A stretch of 63,665 nucleotides of DNA, the filler included, from Octopus bimaculoides (taxonomy: Eukaryota): assembly GCF_001194135.2 (NCBI RefSeq). It is 4 parts of 4 records of this genome, joined end to end, with 100 filler letters (N's around TTAATTAATTAA, not from the genome) between each part and the next. Parts side by side here need not be neighbours in the genome. Positions count along the whole stretch, not along the records: positions 52,561 to 63,665 come from NC_069000.1; 3 more parts are not named here. One strand, 5' to 3'. Position 1 is the first letter of the stretch. The number at the start of each line of letters is the position of its first letter. Made by a program: the position numbers and the translations under genes. The notes below the pieces were generated by a model. It was not told the origin of the DNA and did not search any database. It saw only the letters and a program-made list of their open reading frames with translations. Positions 52,770-63,665 of this stretch are shown one piece after another.

Positions 52770-53165
52770 CTATGTGGCACCAGCACCAGTGCTTATTATG
52801 TGACACCAGCATCAGTATTAATTCTGCTGTAGGGAAATGGTCTTCCTGAGTACAGCTGGTATCCTGTGTATAAGGGGGTGAGTGCAGATACATCTGTGTG
52901 CATGTGTGTATATATGTATATGTGTGCATGTGTATGTGTGCTTACCCTTGTGATGGCATGTAGTGATTGTAAACGAGCATTACTATCCCACAAGCCATTT
53001 CCAGTTTTCTTTGAAAAACATATCTGGTTCTAGGGGGATATTACTTTGCTTGGAAACAGGTAAAGGTTGGCAACGGAAAGAACATCCAGCTGTAGAGGAG
53101 TCTACCTCAGCAAATTTTTCCATGTAACCCATGCAAACATGGAAAAATAGAAGTAAAACAATGAA
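52770..53165 (+). mobile_element. Family 3 element with RTE-like tail running into (GAT)n
   Basis: catccagctgtagag...aacccatgcaaacatggaaaa followed by a (GAT/GAC)n tract to about 53390. Confidence 0.65.
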
Positions 53166-53504
53166 GATGATGAAGATGATAATGATGACAATGATGATGG
53201 TGATGATGATGATGGTGATGACAACGATGACGATAATGATGACAATGATGATGAGGACAATGACGATGATGATAATGATGATGATCAGGATCGTGATGAT
53301 GTAACTGATGATTATGTTGGTGAGGATGATGATAACGATGACGACGACAACGACGACGATGATGATGATGATGATGATAATGATGATGAGGACATTGGCA
53401 TAATATACAAACATCGTGGAGAAAACCAATAAGCCGGTGCTTTTGAATGAAATCACTCGGTAATTATTTCTCCCAAATTGCACAGACAATCCCTTGTCAC
53501 TCAC

Positions 53505-53549
53505 GTTATTGTCAAAATGCAGCGAATCAATGATTGACTTGATGAAAAC
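53505..53549 (-). CDS. Candidate 45-nt exon
   Basis: ttgttggttacag| acceptor and AAC|gtgagt donor; phase 0 gives VFIKSIIDSLHFDNN, phase 2 gives FSSSQSLIRCILTI. Confidence 0.3.
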
Positions 53550-53749
53550 CTGTAACCAACAAATGGTATTGTTCTCAAAAGGCACCATGAAAATAAAATA
53601 TATAATAAATAAAATAGTCTTAATCAAAATTAATTCATACGCTCTATTGTGTGTCGTTTAATTTCCCTCATTCACTAATTACTAAATTTACTACACAGCC
53701 AGATAATTTCTCAAGGATATTAACCAACATACATACATACATACATTTT

Positions 53750-53792
<43 letters not shown>

Positions 53793-53800
53793 TATTATGC

Positions 53801-53868
<68 letters not shown>

Positions 53869-53960
53869 AACATACATACATACATACATATATATATATC
53901 ATCCATGCCAACATGGGAGGCGGACATTAAATGACGATGATGATCATTATCATCATGTAT

Positions 53961-54372
53961 GGCATAGCTCAGTGGTTGGAGTGTCAGACTCTCAATCATG
54001 AAGTAGTGAGTTCGATTCCTGGACAGGGCTGTGTGTTGTGTTCTTGAGCAAGACATTTTATTTCACATTGCTCCAGTCCTACTCAGCTGTAGAAATGAAT
54101 TGTGACATCATTGTTGCCAAGCAGTATCAGCCTTTGCCTTTCCCTTGGATAATGTTTATTTCTTTATTGCCCATAGAGGGGACAAACAAGAACAGATAAA
54201 GGCTTTCAGTCGATTACATCAACCCCAATGAGTAACTGGTACTTATTTAATTGACCCCAAAAGGATGAAAGGCAAAGTCGATCTCAGTGGAGTTTGAACT
54301 TGGAGCGTAACGCCAGATGAAATACCACTAATATTTTGCCTGGCATGCTAACGATTCTGCCAGCTCACCGCC
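53961..54372. mobile_element. Deu/V-type SINE (+) with a family 2 copy (-, 54165-54372) inside or adjacent
   Basis: tRNA-like head ggcatagctcagtgg...gttcgattcc, then ttgctccagtcctactcagctg; family-2 motifs on the opposite strand. Confidence 0.7.
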
Positions 54373-54529
54373 CTCCCTTGGATAATATTGGTGGCATGGA
54401 GAATGGAGGCTGGTATGCATGAGTGACTGCTGATCTTCCATAAGAACCTTTCCCGCACTTGTGCCTTTTCGGGCAACTTTCTATGTCCAGTCCCATGGTT
54501 TTTCATGACTGAAGGGGGTCTTTACCCTG

Positions 54530-54566
<37 letters not shown>

Positions 54567-54586
54567 ATGTATATGCATATGTATAT

Positions 54587-54631
<45 letters not shown>

Positions 54632-54890
54632 TATACAAGTAACTGTCGTCATTGATATACCAACATCAAATCGTGACACCATGTGACCTTTCTTGACCAA
54701 TTGCAGCCCACCTTATGCTAATAATATTCGACTTTCTTTAACATTTCTCGTTCAAATTCTCAAAAGATGAAGATTAGCATCAAGTATGAAACTCGGAGTA
54801 CCAACGACTTTGAATAAAAGTGTTTTTGATTCATACATGTAACTTCCAATAAATGTGTTGATTGTCCTTCTTTCATTTGTCGACCCACTC

Positions 54891-54931
<41 letters not shown>

Positions 54932-55489
54932 TATATATATATTTATGTATATACATACATATACATGCACAACCATATGTATTTACATGTATTTTATAAT
55001 ATAGGAATTCCTCACATTACATGAATAATAAATTTTTTCAAAACGCAAAGTCCTGTAATGCAAAATTAATATTCTTATTGATTTCCAAGTGAGAAAATGA
55101 TAATGCATTCTGATAGATATTTAAAAAAAAAAAAGAACAGCAACAAAAATACAGCGCAGCTACTTTAATGCATGAAAATAACAATTTGTGAATATAGTAT
55201 ATGTACAGTATAATATGTATACATAAAAACATTTGAAGTGAGATATGTAAGGGAACAAATAAGAACTGTAATTTCATAGTAGGGCATGTTCTAACCACGA
55301 AAGATATTGACTGCTGTCTGAGAGTTGGTAATGGAATAAGAATTCCTGGATGGATGAGGGGCACTATCTTGTAGCCTGTATATCGTTACTCAACTGTCTA
55401 GAAAGAGCAGTCAAATTCTTCCTAGTTGGACCTCATTTCCTGCCAGCATCTTAAAAATATGAAGGACGTCTATCTTATAGAACATAGCC

Positions 55490-55960
55490 TGATTTGACCT
55501 GGGCTGGCAAGCAGGAGAGCTGCACCAGGATCCAGTCTGGTTTGGCTTGGTTTCTTATGGCTGGATGCCCTTCCTAATGCCAACCACTCTACAAAAAAGT
55601 GCTGGGTGCTTTCAATGTGGCACCGTCACAGGACTCCTGCAGGCAAAAACCTCTTCGCCAGGAGGACTGACCTCAACACTTCTGCTGTGGAGGATGGGTC
55701 TCACTGGGTCTCGTCCTCATCATCATCATCATCACCATCATCATCCTCTAACATCCGTCTTTCATGCTGGCATAGGTTGGATGGTTTGATCAAAGCCTTC
55801 AAGCCAGAAAGCTGCACCAGGTTCCAGTTTGATTTGGCTTGGTTTCAATGAGGCACTGGCACAAGTGCTCTTACATGGCAGTGGCACAGGGCTCTTGTAG
55901 GTCAATCCTCTTCACCAGGGGGGAATGCAGACTTAACACTTCTACTGTGGAGGATGGGTT
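55490..55960 (-). mobile_element. Tandem pair of family 3 derivatives
   Basis: Both units end in ...cttaacacttct(g/a)ctgtggaggatgggt; period about 240-250 bp. Confidence 0.7.
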
Positions 55961-56481
55961 TTTTTCTTATTCTTTTAACATTGTTTCGAATTAATCCTGT
56001 ATCATCTTGTAGCTTCAAAAGGCCAACGATGTGATTGCATATTTTTAGAATGACATTGTAGGATATGTGCAAGAAGCCAGAACTGGCCAGTTTGAATGTG
56101 AAATAAATAGAATATCTGGGCTGGATATGGCCAGTTTAAATGCTAGGGGGTGAAAAAATTATTTTCGTTTTCTTCTTTTAGAATCAGATATTTGTGATTG
56201 AGTCAGTGTAGAATGGTCGTATAATATCTAGAGGTGTTAACCTTTGAATACTCATACCACATTCCAGATATCTTGAAATCGCAGAATAAATTTTATTTTA
56301 TTTTATTTTTTTTATTGATGCCAACATCATTACATACCATCAAAAACAGACAATATTTACCATCTTAGTGTTTTCTCACCAGAAACCATAAGATCAAGAC
56401 ATATTTATTTATATCTTCCTTTGTGTGAGAATCTCATAAAACCTGTCCAAGTTCTAATGCTGTTCTAATCTCCATTAGCAG

Positions 56482-56534
56482 ATTTCAATCCTAAGAACAT
56501 AGACAAAGGTTACAGCAGCAAATTATTGACTGCA
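56482..56534 (+). CDS. Candidate exon ((D)FNPKNIDKGYSSKLLTA)
   Basis: ttctaatctccattagcag| acceptor, GCA|gtatga donor, single open frame ending in phase 0, compatible with 58030. Confidence 0.3.
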
Positions 56535-57206
56535 GTATGATAAGAATTAAGACATGGCTGCCGTACAAAATGGGGAAAAACAACAGCTCACTTATTTCTC
56601 AGAATGTTTCATGGCCAATGACCTGAAAATATGCATTTAATAACAAATGAGCTGAAAGCTAGGAAGCGGTTTTCATGTAAGTCTATCAAATCCAAAAGAA
56701 GACTCATTATTCTTATGAAATAACCTGCATGACATATAAACATGGTAGGTCAGTAGAATCGTGGAGGCAATGCCGGACCAGACTTCTGCTATAAACTGAC
56801 AAGTTTCATGGTGTTCAAATATTTCATGAGAAATTTTTTTTTTCTGTTGCTGAAAGAAAAAGAAAGGAAATAAGAAAAAAAACAAAAAACAAAAGAGTGA
56901 GAAATTGAGTTCAAATTAGATGTACGTACATATATACAATGTATGTATATAAGTATGTATGTCTATACACATATGCATTTATATGTATATATGCATATAT
57001 ATGTATGTGTATATATGTATATATATCATATAAATATTTATGTATATATGTAAAATCTACACAGACATATTTATATACATACATATGTATATTATATATA
57101 TGTACATATGCATATGTGCATTCATACATGTGTGTGTGTGTATGTGCATCCGTATATACATATATGTATGTATACAAATTTAGAGAAATATAGAGAGAGA
57201 AAGTGA

Positions 57207-57258
<52 letters not shown>

Positions 57259-57768
57259 ACCATAACACTTGAAGGTGTTAGATTAAAATTTAATATCTAT
57301 TGAAACAAATGTCAAGATTTTTGTTTTAGCTAGACAATAGAAATATTTCTGAGCTGCAGCAAAACATAACTGAAGAATTTGACGTTCGTTAGGCACATAG
57401 GGAAATAATTTCAACCTTAGATTGAATTGCTACACATCTGCTTTAAGCATCATCAAAGTGTTGGCGCTTCTTGGTTTGTCGTTTAAGAAACATATGATCA
57501 AAAGGATTTGTGGGGATATTGGTGCAAAGCTTGCGGAAAGAATTTCAAAGAAGATTTCAAAAGTCTGCACACGAATCCTCTTCTTGTTTTTCCCTTCTCC
57601 TTATCGTCATCGTTATCATCATCACCATCATCCACATCCTCCTCCTCTTCCCCCATATCATCATCATCATCATGAGCCTCATCAACACCACCGCTACTGC
57701 CGCCACCAACACCAATACCATACCACCATCACCAGCACCACCAACACCACAGCAGCACCAGCACCAGC

Positions 57769-57799
<31 letters not shown>

Positions 57800-58029
57800 C
57801 CACCATCACCAGCAGCACCAACACCATGACCACGACCACCACGACCACCACCACCATGACCATGACCACCCCGACCACCACCACCTTTTATCAAGAACAA
57901 AATTTATCTTCAACTACATTAAATCGCAGTCCATCTGTGTTAATCACCAGTTTGTAATATGAGAGGAACAGAGAGAGAGAAAAAGAGAGTGAGAGATGGA
58001 GACGGAGATTTGGTTGTTATTTCTCTCAG

Positions 58030-58170
58030 GCTTGGTGTCCACATAGAAGCTCCAGTATTGGCTGGGATCTTAAGCAGAGCCAGGACATTAAAATTACTTG
58101 TTGTAGCCTGACCGAACAAGAAGGCAGACACCATTTCCAGTTCAAAGATAATGGATTAGTAGTTGTAAAG
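58030..58170 (+). CDS. Candidate exon (AWCPHRSSSIGWDLKQSQDIKITCCSLTEQEGRHHFQFKDNGLVVVK)
   Basis: ttatttctctcag| acceptor, AAG|gttagg donor, 141 nt, only phase 0 open; non-repetitive, GC-richer island. Confidence 0.45.
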
Positions 58171-58689
58171 GTTAGGCAGGATCAAATACTTAATTGATTA
58201 ATAATTTCATTAATTAGAGAACATTTCAGTGATTTGTAGCAAGTTCTGCAGGCAAAAGTTGATTTATCAAAGACAAAACCTTAGATATTCTTGAAGGAGT
58301 GAGACCAAGGAAAGACATGAATGTAGATGCTGAGGTGGAGGGCATGGATCAATAATAGGTCCATTGGCATATTCCTTCGGAAATCTAATGATGATGATGA
58401 TGATGATGTGATGTATGCATGTATTTATGTATGCGTGTATGCGTTATGTATTTGTGTGTGCCTATGTTGTATTTTCATAACTGTTAGTATGTCTGTAAGT
58501 GCATATGTGACCATCTATGATGATTCTCTCTCTCTCTTTCTCTTTCTCTCTCTCTTTTCTATCAAAGGTAGTGTATCTATGATTACATTATCCAATGAAC
58601 CTGACTCCTTCAAATAATATGCTATGATATGATACATATTTCACTGTTATTTCTAGCAGGGTAATTGACCACGTAGAGGTTCCCTCATT

Positions 58690-59040
58690 GGCATGGAATA
58701 CACAGATATTGGATGTGCTGTTGGATGGTCTCAAGACATTGAGCCTTACAAAGAAAATGACTAGGAACCGAGATATTTGGCAGAATTGATACTGATGCTG
58801 GTGCCACATGAAAAGCACTCGTGCATGTGTGCCATGTGAAAAGAAGTGGAGTCGGTGCCACATAAAAAGCACCCTGTACACTCTGTGGAGTGGCTGGTGC
58901 TAGGAAGGGCATCCAACCATATAAATCAAGCCAGAACAGACAATGGAGCCTGGTGCCTCCCCCTAGCCTTACCAATTCTGGTCAAATTGTCTAACTCATG
59001 CCAGCATGGAAAATGGACTTTAAATGATAAAGATGATGAT
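58690..59040 (+). mobile_element. Family 3 element
   Basis: gagtggctggtgctaggaagggcatccaacc...catgccagcatggaaaatggac...gatgat. Confidence 0.75.
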
Positions 59041-59077
59041 GTCTATTATGTATTTACCAGTCTTTGTATATCTTCTA

Positions 59078-59307
59078 TCTTTTACTTGTTTCAGGCTTTA
59101 GACTATGGCCATACTGGGGCATTGTTTTGAAGAATTCTTAGCTAAATGAAACAACCCCAGTACTTGACTTTTTTTTAGACTGGTGTCTTATTCAATCTGT
59201 GCCTTTTGCAGAACCATTAAGTTATGGGGATGTAAACACACCAACACTGGTTGTCAACATGTGGTGGGGACAAACAGACACAAAGACATACACACACATG
59301 TGCACAT

Positions 59308-59352
<45 letters not shown>

Positions 59353-59525
59353 TACACACATATAATATACAGCAGGATACTTTCAGTTTCCATCTCCCAT
59401 ATTCACTCACAAGGCTTTGGTCAGGCCAAAGCTAAAGTAGAACACACTTGCCCAAGGGGCCACACAGTGGGACTGAACCAGGAACCATGTGGTTGAGAAG
59501 CAAGCTTCTTACCACACAGCCACAC
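59078..59525 (-). mobile_element. SINE family 1, full-length, CpG-decayed
   Basis: Reverse-complement match to the family with many CG-to-TG/CA changes. Confidence 0.8.
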
Positions 59526-59733
59526 TGGCCCCTGAATGGTTAAAGACGTTAAATTTCTTTACAGTGTCTGCAGTACATCCATGTGTATTTTAAGAGACAA
59601 CATCATTCACACACATTACATTTTCAACTTTGACCTCAGTGACAAGTCTTGGTTTCTAATTGCTGGTGCAAGGTCAAAGGTCAGACAGTTGATAAATGTT
59701 TTTGAAGTGCTTGAGAGTTAAGGGAGACCATAC

Positions 59734-59779
<46 letters not shown>

Positions 59780-60529
59780 TTTATTAGTGAATGAGCTTCC
59801 TGTCATATGATATAGTGGAAGTGTAGGAATTAATTGTGAGTCCAAACGGTTCATCTTTGAGTTGACTCTTGCATAGACACCCTATCACGTGCATATATGC
59901 TTACACACACAAACACAGAGGCAAATACACACACATGCATATACACACACATACATACACATATATTTACCATGTATTTAGACACGCAAAACTATATGCA
60001 TGCAGCATATACAGAAATAATCCTTTCTACTACAGGCACAAGGCCTGAAATTTTGGTTCCTCCCCTAAAAATTGCTGTTCTTTTACCAAAATTAAAAGGA
60101 ATTATCCACTCTATAAATTCTTGTCATTGTTTTACCCTAAGTCAGATCTGACTGAACAGACGTATGACCAAACAAATGATCAAAGGAAATCTAACCATGA
60201 CCATGCCACCGATTTTTCAAGACATCTAGGACAATATTATTCAATTTGTTCTTTCAATTTGTTTTTGAAGATATATGGGTGTAATTTATTAGTGATTTGG
60301 TTGCTATTTCTAGCCAGTCAAACAATCCCATATGGGCTCCTTTGTTAATTAGATCAGACTGGAAAATGTTGTGTGGTAAAAGGTGAGGAAGCTGTGAATT
60401 GATGAGAAGATCTTAAAGATTTAGGACTTTGTTAAGTGTCACGTTGTATCAAGGGGGAATAGAAAGATGCTGGGTAATAGATTGGCTCTGTTTTGGAAAT
60501 GTAAAAGTAGAAGTCAAATCAGTGAAGGT

Positions 60530-60765
60530 TGATGATGGTAACAATGATAATGATGATGATGACAACGAGGACGATGATAATGATGACAACGATGATGACG
60601 ATGATGACAACAATGACAATGGTGATGATGAGGACGATGGTAAGGATGATGAAGACAACGGTAACGATGATGATGATTATGAAGTTGATGATGGTAATGA
60701 TGATGATGACAAAACGACGATGATGATGATGATGGTGATGATAATGATAATGACGATGATGACAA
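60530..60765. repeat. Degenerate (GAT/GAC/AAT)n low-complexity tract
   Basis: Direct reading. Confidence 0.9.
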
Positions 60766-63024
60766 CAAAGAAGAGAAAAATATTACCTCACTAGAAAACA
60801 GGTGAGGGTTGGTGACAGGAAAAGTATCCGTTCATAGAAAATCTACCTCAATGAATTCCACCTGTCCAATACAAGAGCAGGGAAGTGGATATTTAAACAA
60901 CAAGGACGATGGTAATGTTGTTAAAATGTTAACACTACTGATGAGGATGATGATGAGGATGATGATAATGATGATGATAGTGGTGATGTAATCATTATTG
61001 TCATAAATCATTACTATAAAGGAATCATTATTCTTTAAAAAAATCATTACTATAATAAATCATTATTTATTACAAAATTTCATCCTTATTATTTTTTTCC
61101 ATAATCACTTTACTGCTTTTCTCTCATTTCTTTCTCTTTCCATTTTTCTAATCTTATCTCTAATAGAAATTTTATCTTTGTTATGTTATAGGAAATTTGA
61201 AACATTAAAATCTCTACGTTCGTATTTTTGTTGATACTTTGAGAGTGTTGACAGCTTTCTCAAAATATTAGACAGGATTTTCTCCAGACTGATGTCTATA
61301 TTTATTGATGCTCACTGGCTTGGTCTGAAAACATTCTGGTTCTCGACCAATATTCTCTGTTTCAAATGGATAGATAGTAATCTGAAGACATTTAACCATT
61401 TCATTGTTATATTTTTGTTGAAATTACATAACATTTGATTCAATAAATTGAAAAAAAAATTAGTGAAATAATTTTATCATTGTTAATGTGGAGTTTGGAA
61501 TATAAATTAGCATGAAATTTTGATGGAAAGTTTTCCTTCAAATCATGTTAAAACAAGAATTTTCTATCACAGAACTAGGGACAGTCTCAGGTAGATTAGA
61601 ATTAAAATGGTTAACCCTTTTATTATACATTTCTGTTGAAATTCACTCCTTTTATTTCAATTAATATCATGAAATTTTGGTGAAGGCTAATTTTGGTCAA
61701 TTTAAAGCAGGAAAAATATGTGGTATTCCTTGATGGCCAGTCAGGATAATGAAAGCAATAATTTCTACATAATACTTTGTAGAATTAGAAGTTTAAAATT
61801 TAAAATCAAAGAAAAAGAAACTGTATATAATATACATACTTAATATTTTTTTATTACTTATTATGAAGATCTTAAAATTTCTAGTTTTACATAATTATGC
61901 ATTGTACCGTGTCAGCATGACATACCCTAAGGTAAATAAATTATACGAAATTAAACATTCTACAAGGCAAGACATTTCTTAAAGATAGACTTTTATATCA
62001 TAAAACCAAGGATGGTTTCTGGCAGGTTGGTATCAGAAGGTTATGTGTTCTATTTAAGAATATCTGGCCTCCAAGGATCATAACTGGTCTGAATCTAAAC
62101 TGATTATATGATTAATCTGTATTTGAACAGTGAATGCAATTTCTTATATCAAATGCCAGGAGACCCACAAGTCTGGATCCATGATAAATTTGCCTTATTA
62201 TATTTTTCCCTTTTTAACTAAATGTATTGCTTTTTTCTTTCTTTTTCCTTTCAACACTTAATGGATTCAAAACAATCAATAAATGCATTGAAAAGTGTTC
62301 TTGTGGACGCAATACACCATAGCTATCCATTTACTCCTTTCATTTTTAAATGACTATCAAATTTACACATTAAATTACTTTTAGATTTCAATTATGCATA
62401 CAAGCCATATACCCAAATTCTCATGCAATCGTATTTTACCTACAATAAATTAATTGCTATTTATAGAATATTTCATTCCATTTTTGTAACTATTTAAAGA
62501 CCTTTTCCTCTGCCAAAGCTAAAATTAATTTATTTCCAAAATCTGACAGGAAGCTAAAATTCATTTCACATAAATATATAAATTCTACTGTATGGTGGCT
62601 TATGTAATTTAAATTGCTTTTGTATTTTCATACTCATTGAACACAGAAATTAAATATGTCAATGAAAATATACTTAAACTCAGCATAAAAGAATTGTCCA
62701 AACTTAAATATGTTTTCATATATTATAAGTCCTGATAGCATGGAAAATTAATTTATTTCCAATGCAGCACTCAAATTGAACTTTTGGTTATCTACACTTC
62801 CAGATTGGAAACTTGAGGAAAATTGAAAATTCACTTAAGCAGAAAGTCCAAATGTGTACGGTAGTTTCTCGAGTCTGAGAAAGATATTTCTGCAATTTCT
62901 TGCTGAAACCTGTATAAATGGTTTGTTTATAGTGGGTCGAATGGTTGTGCTGTATGTTAGCTCATTTCCTCCTTCAAATTGATATTACCTGAGCAGATGC
63001 ACAATGTGCCAGATGTCATATCAG

Positions 63025-63250
63025 ATAAGGCGGTGAGCTGGCAGAAACGTTAGCACGCCTGTCGAAATGCTTAGCGGTATTTCGTCTGCCGTTATGTTTT
63101 GGGTTCAAATTCTGCCGAAGTCGACTTTACCTTTCATCCTTTCGGGGTCGATAAATTAAGTACCAGTTATGCACTAGGGTCGATGTAATCGACTTAATCC
63201 CTTTGTTTGTCCCCTCTATGTTTAGCCCCTTGTGGACAGTAAAGAAATAA
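63025..63250 (+). mobile_element. SINE family 2, young full-length copy
   Basis: taaggcggtgagctggcagaaacgttagc...gtaaagaaataag; CpGs intact. Confidence 0.92.
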
Positions 63251-63481
63251 GATGTCACGTGTCAGACATTAAAAGCAATAGCAGAGTAACTCGAGATGAA
63301 GTGTTTTGCTCAAGAACACAGTGCACCACCTGGTCTAGGAATTGAAACCATGTCCTCCCAATAATGAGTGCAATATCCTAACCACTAGACCATGCACCCT
63401 CATGGAAACTCCAAGTACCATCACTTGTAAAAGCAGTGTAAGAGACTTATGAAGATTTAAGTATATTGATTTCATAGATGT

Positions 63482-63665
63482 AGGAGTGGCTGTGTGGTAA
63501 GTAGCTTGCTTATGAACCGCATGGTTCCAGGTTCAGTCCCACTGTGTGGCACCTTGGGCAAGTGTCTTCTACTATAGCCTTGGGCCGACCAAAGCCTTGT
63601 GAGTGGATTTGGTAGACGGAAACTGAAAGAAGCCCGTCGTATATATGTATATATATGTGTGCGTT
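63482..63665 (+). mobile_element. SINE family 1, 5' half (cut by window end)
   Basis: Near-consensus head and CORE-like segment. Confidence 0.92.

Noticed and set aside
57422-57962. His/Pro/Gln-rich ORFs and a GDIGAKLAE LRR-like match
   Set aside because: Mostly (CAC/CAT)n; the upstream unique part has no convincing donor and the motif match is too short.
60142-60348. Candidate exon or 75-aa ORF (SDLTEQTYDQ...)
   Set aside because: Matches repeat family 4 (11755-11960, 58555-58695).
60429-60794. Asp-rich 121-aa ORF resembling an acidic biomineralisation protein
   Set aside because: It is a degenerate (GAT)n tract open in several frames, like 53160-53390; no splice or non-repetitive coding context.

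Overview
AT-rich, heavily gapped animal genomic DNA. It is probably an octopus, inferred from the SINE families and the (AT)n/(AAT)n/(GAT)n microsatellite density, not proven. Most of the window is repeats: at least five SINE-like families in many copies, RTE-clade LINE fragments, and three R4/Dong-type (restriction-like endonuclease) LINE fragments abutting (TAA)n. There is also a decayed Charlie-type hAT transposase and three hAT MITEs with TIRs and 8-bp TSDs. No complete gene can be named. There is a promoter-like island at about 5.5-6.25 kb (NRF1 site, RFX X-box, G4 motif, splice donors on both strands). A small minus-strand ORF at 8.83-9.22 kb is broken by a (GA)8 slippage frameshift. Scattered short candidate exons lie on both strands, but I cannot assign them to a gene without homology or RNA data. 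Three N44-TTAATTAATTAA-N44 islands are synthetic scaffold-join markers, so the window is at least four joined blocks. Nearly all long entries in the supplied ORF track are N-gap or microsatellite artefacts. I see no convincing novel multi-gene system. The best leads are the frameshifted ORF, the promoter island, the microsatellite-targeting retroelements and a long inverted repeat at 47.0-47.2 kb.
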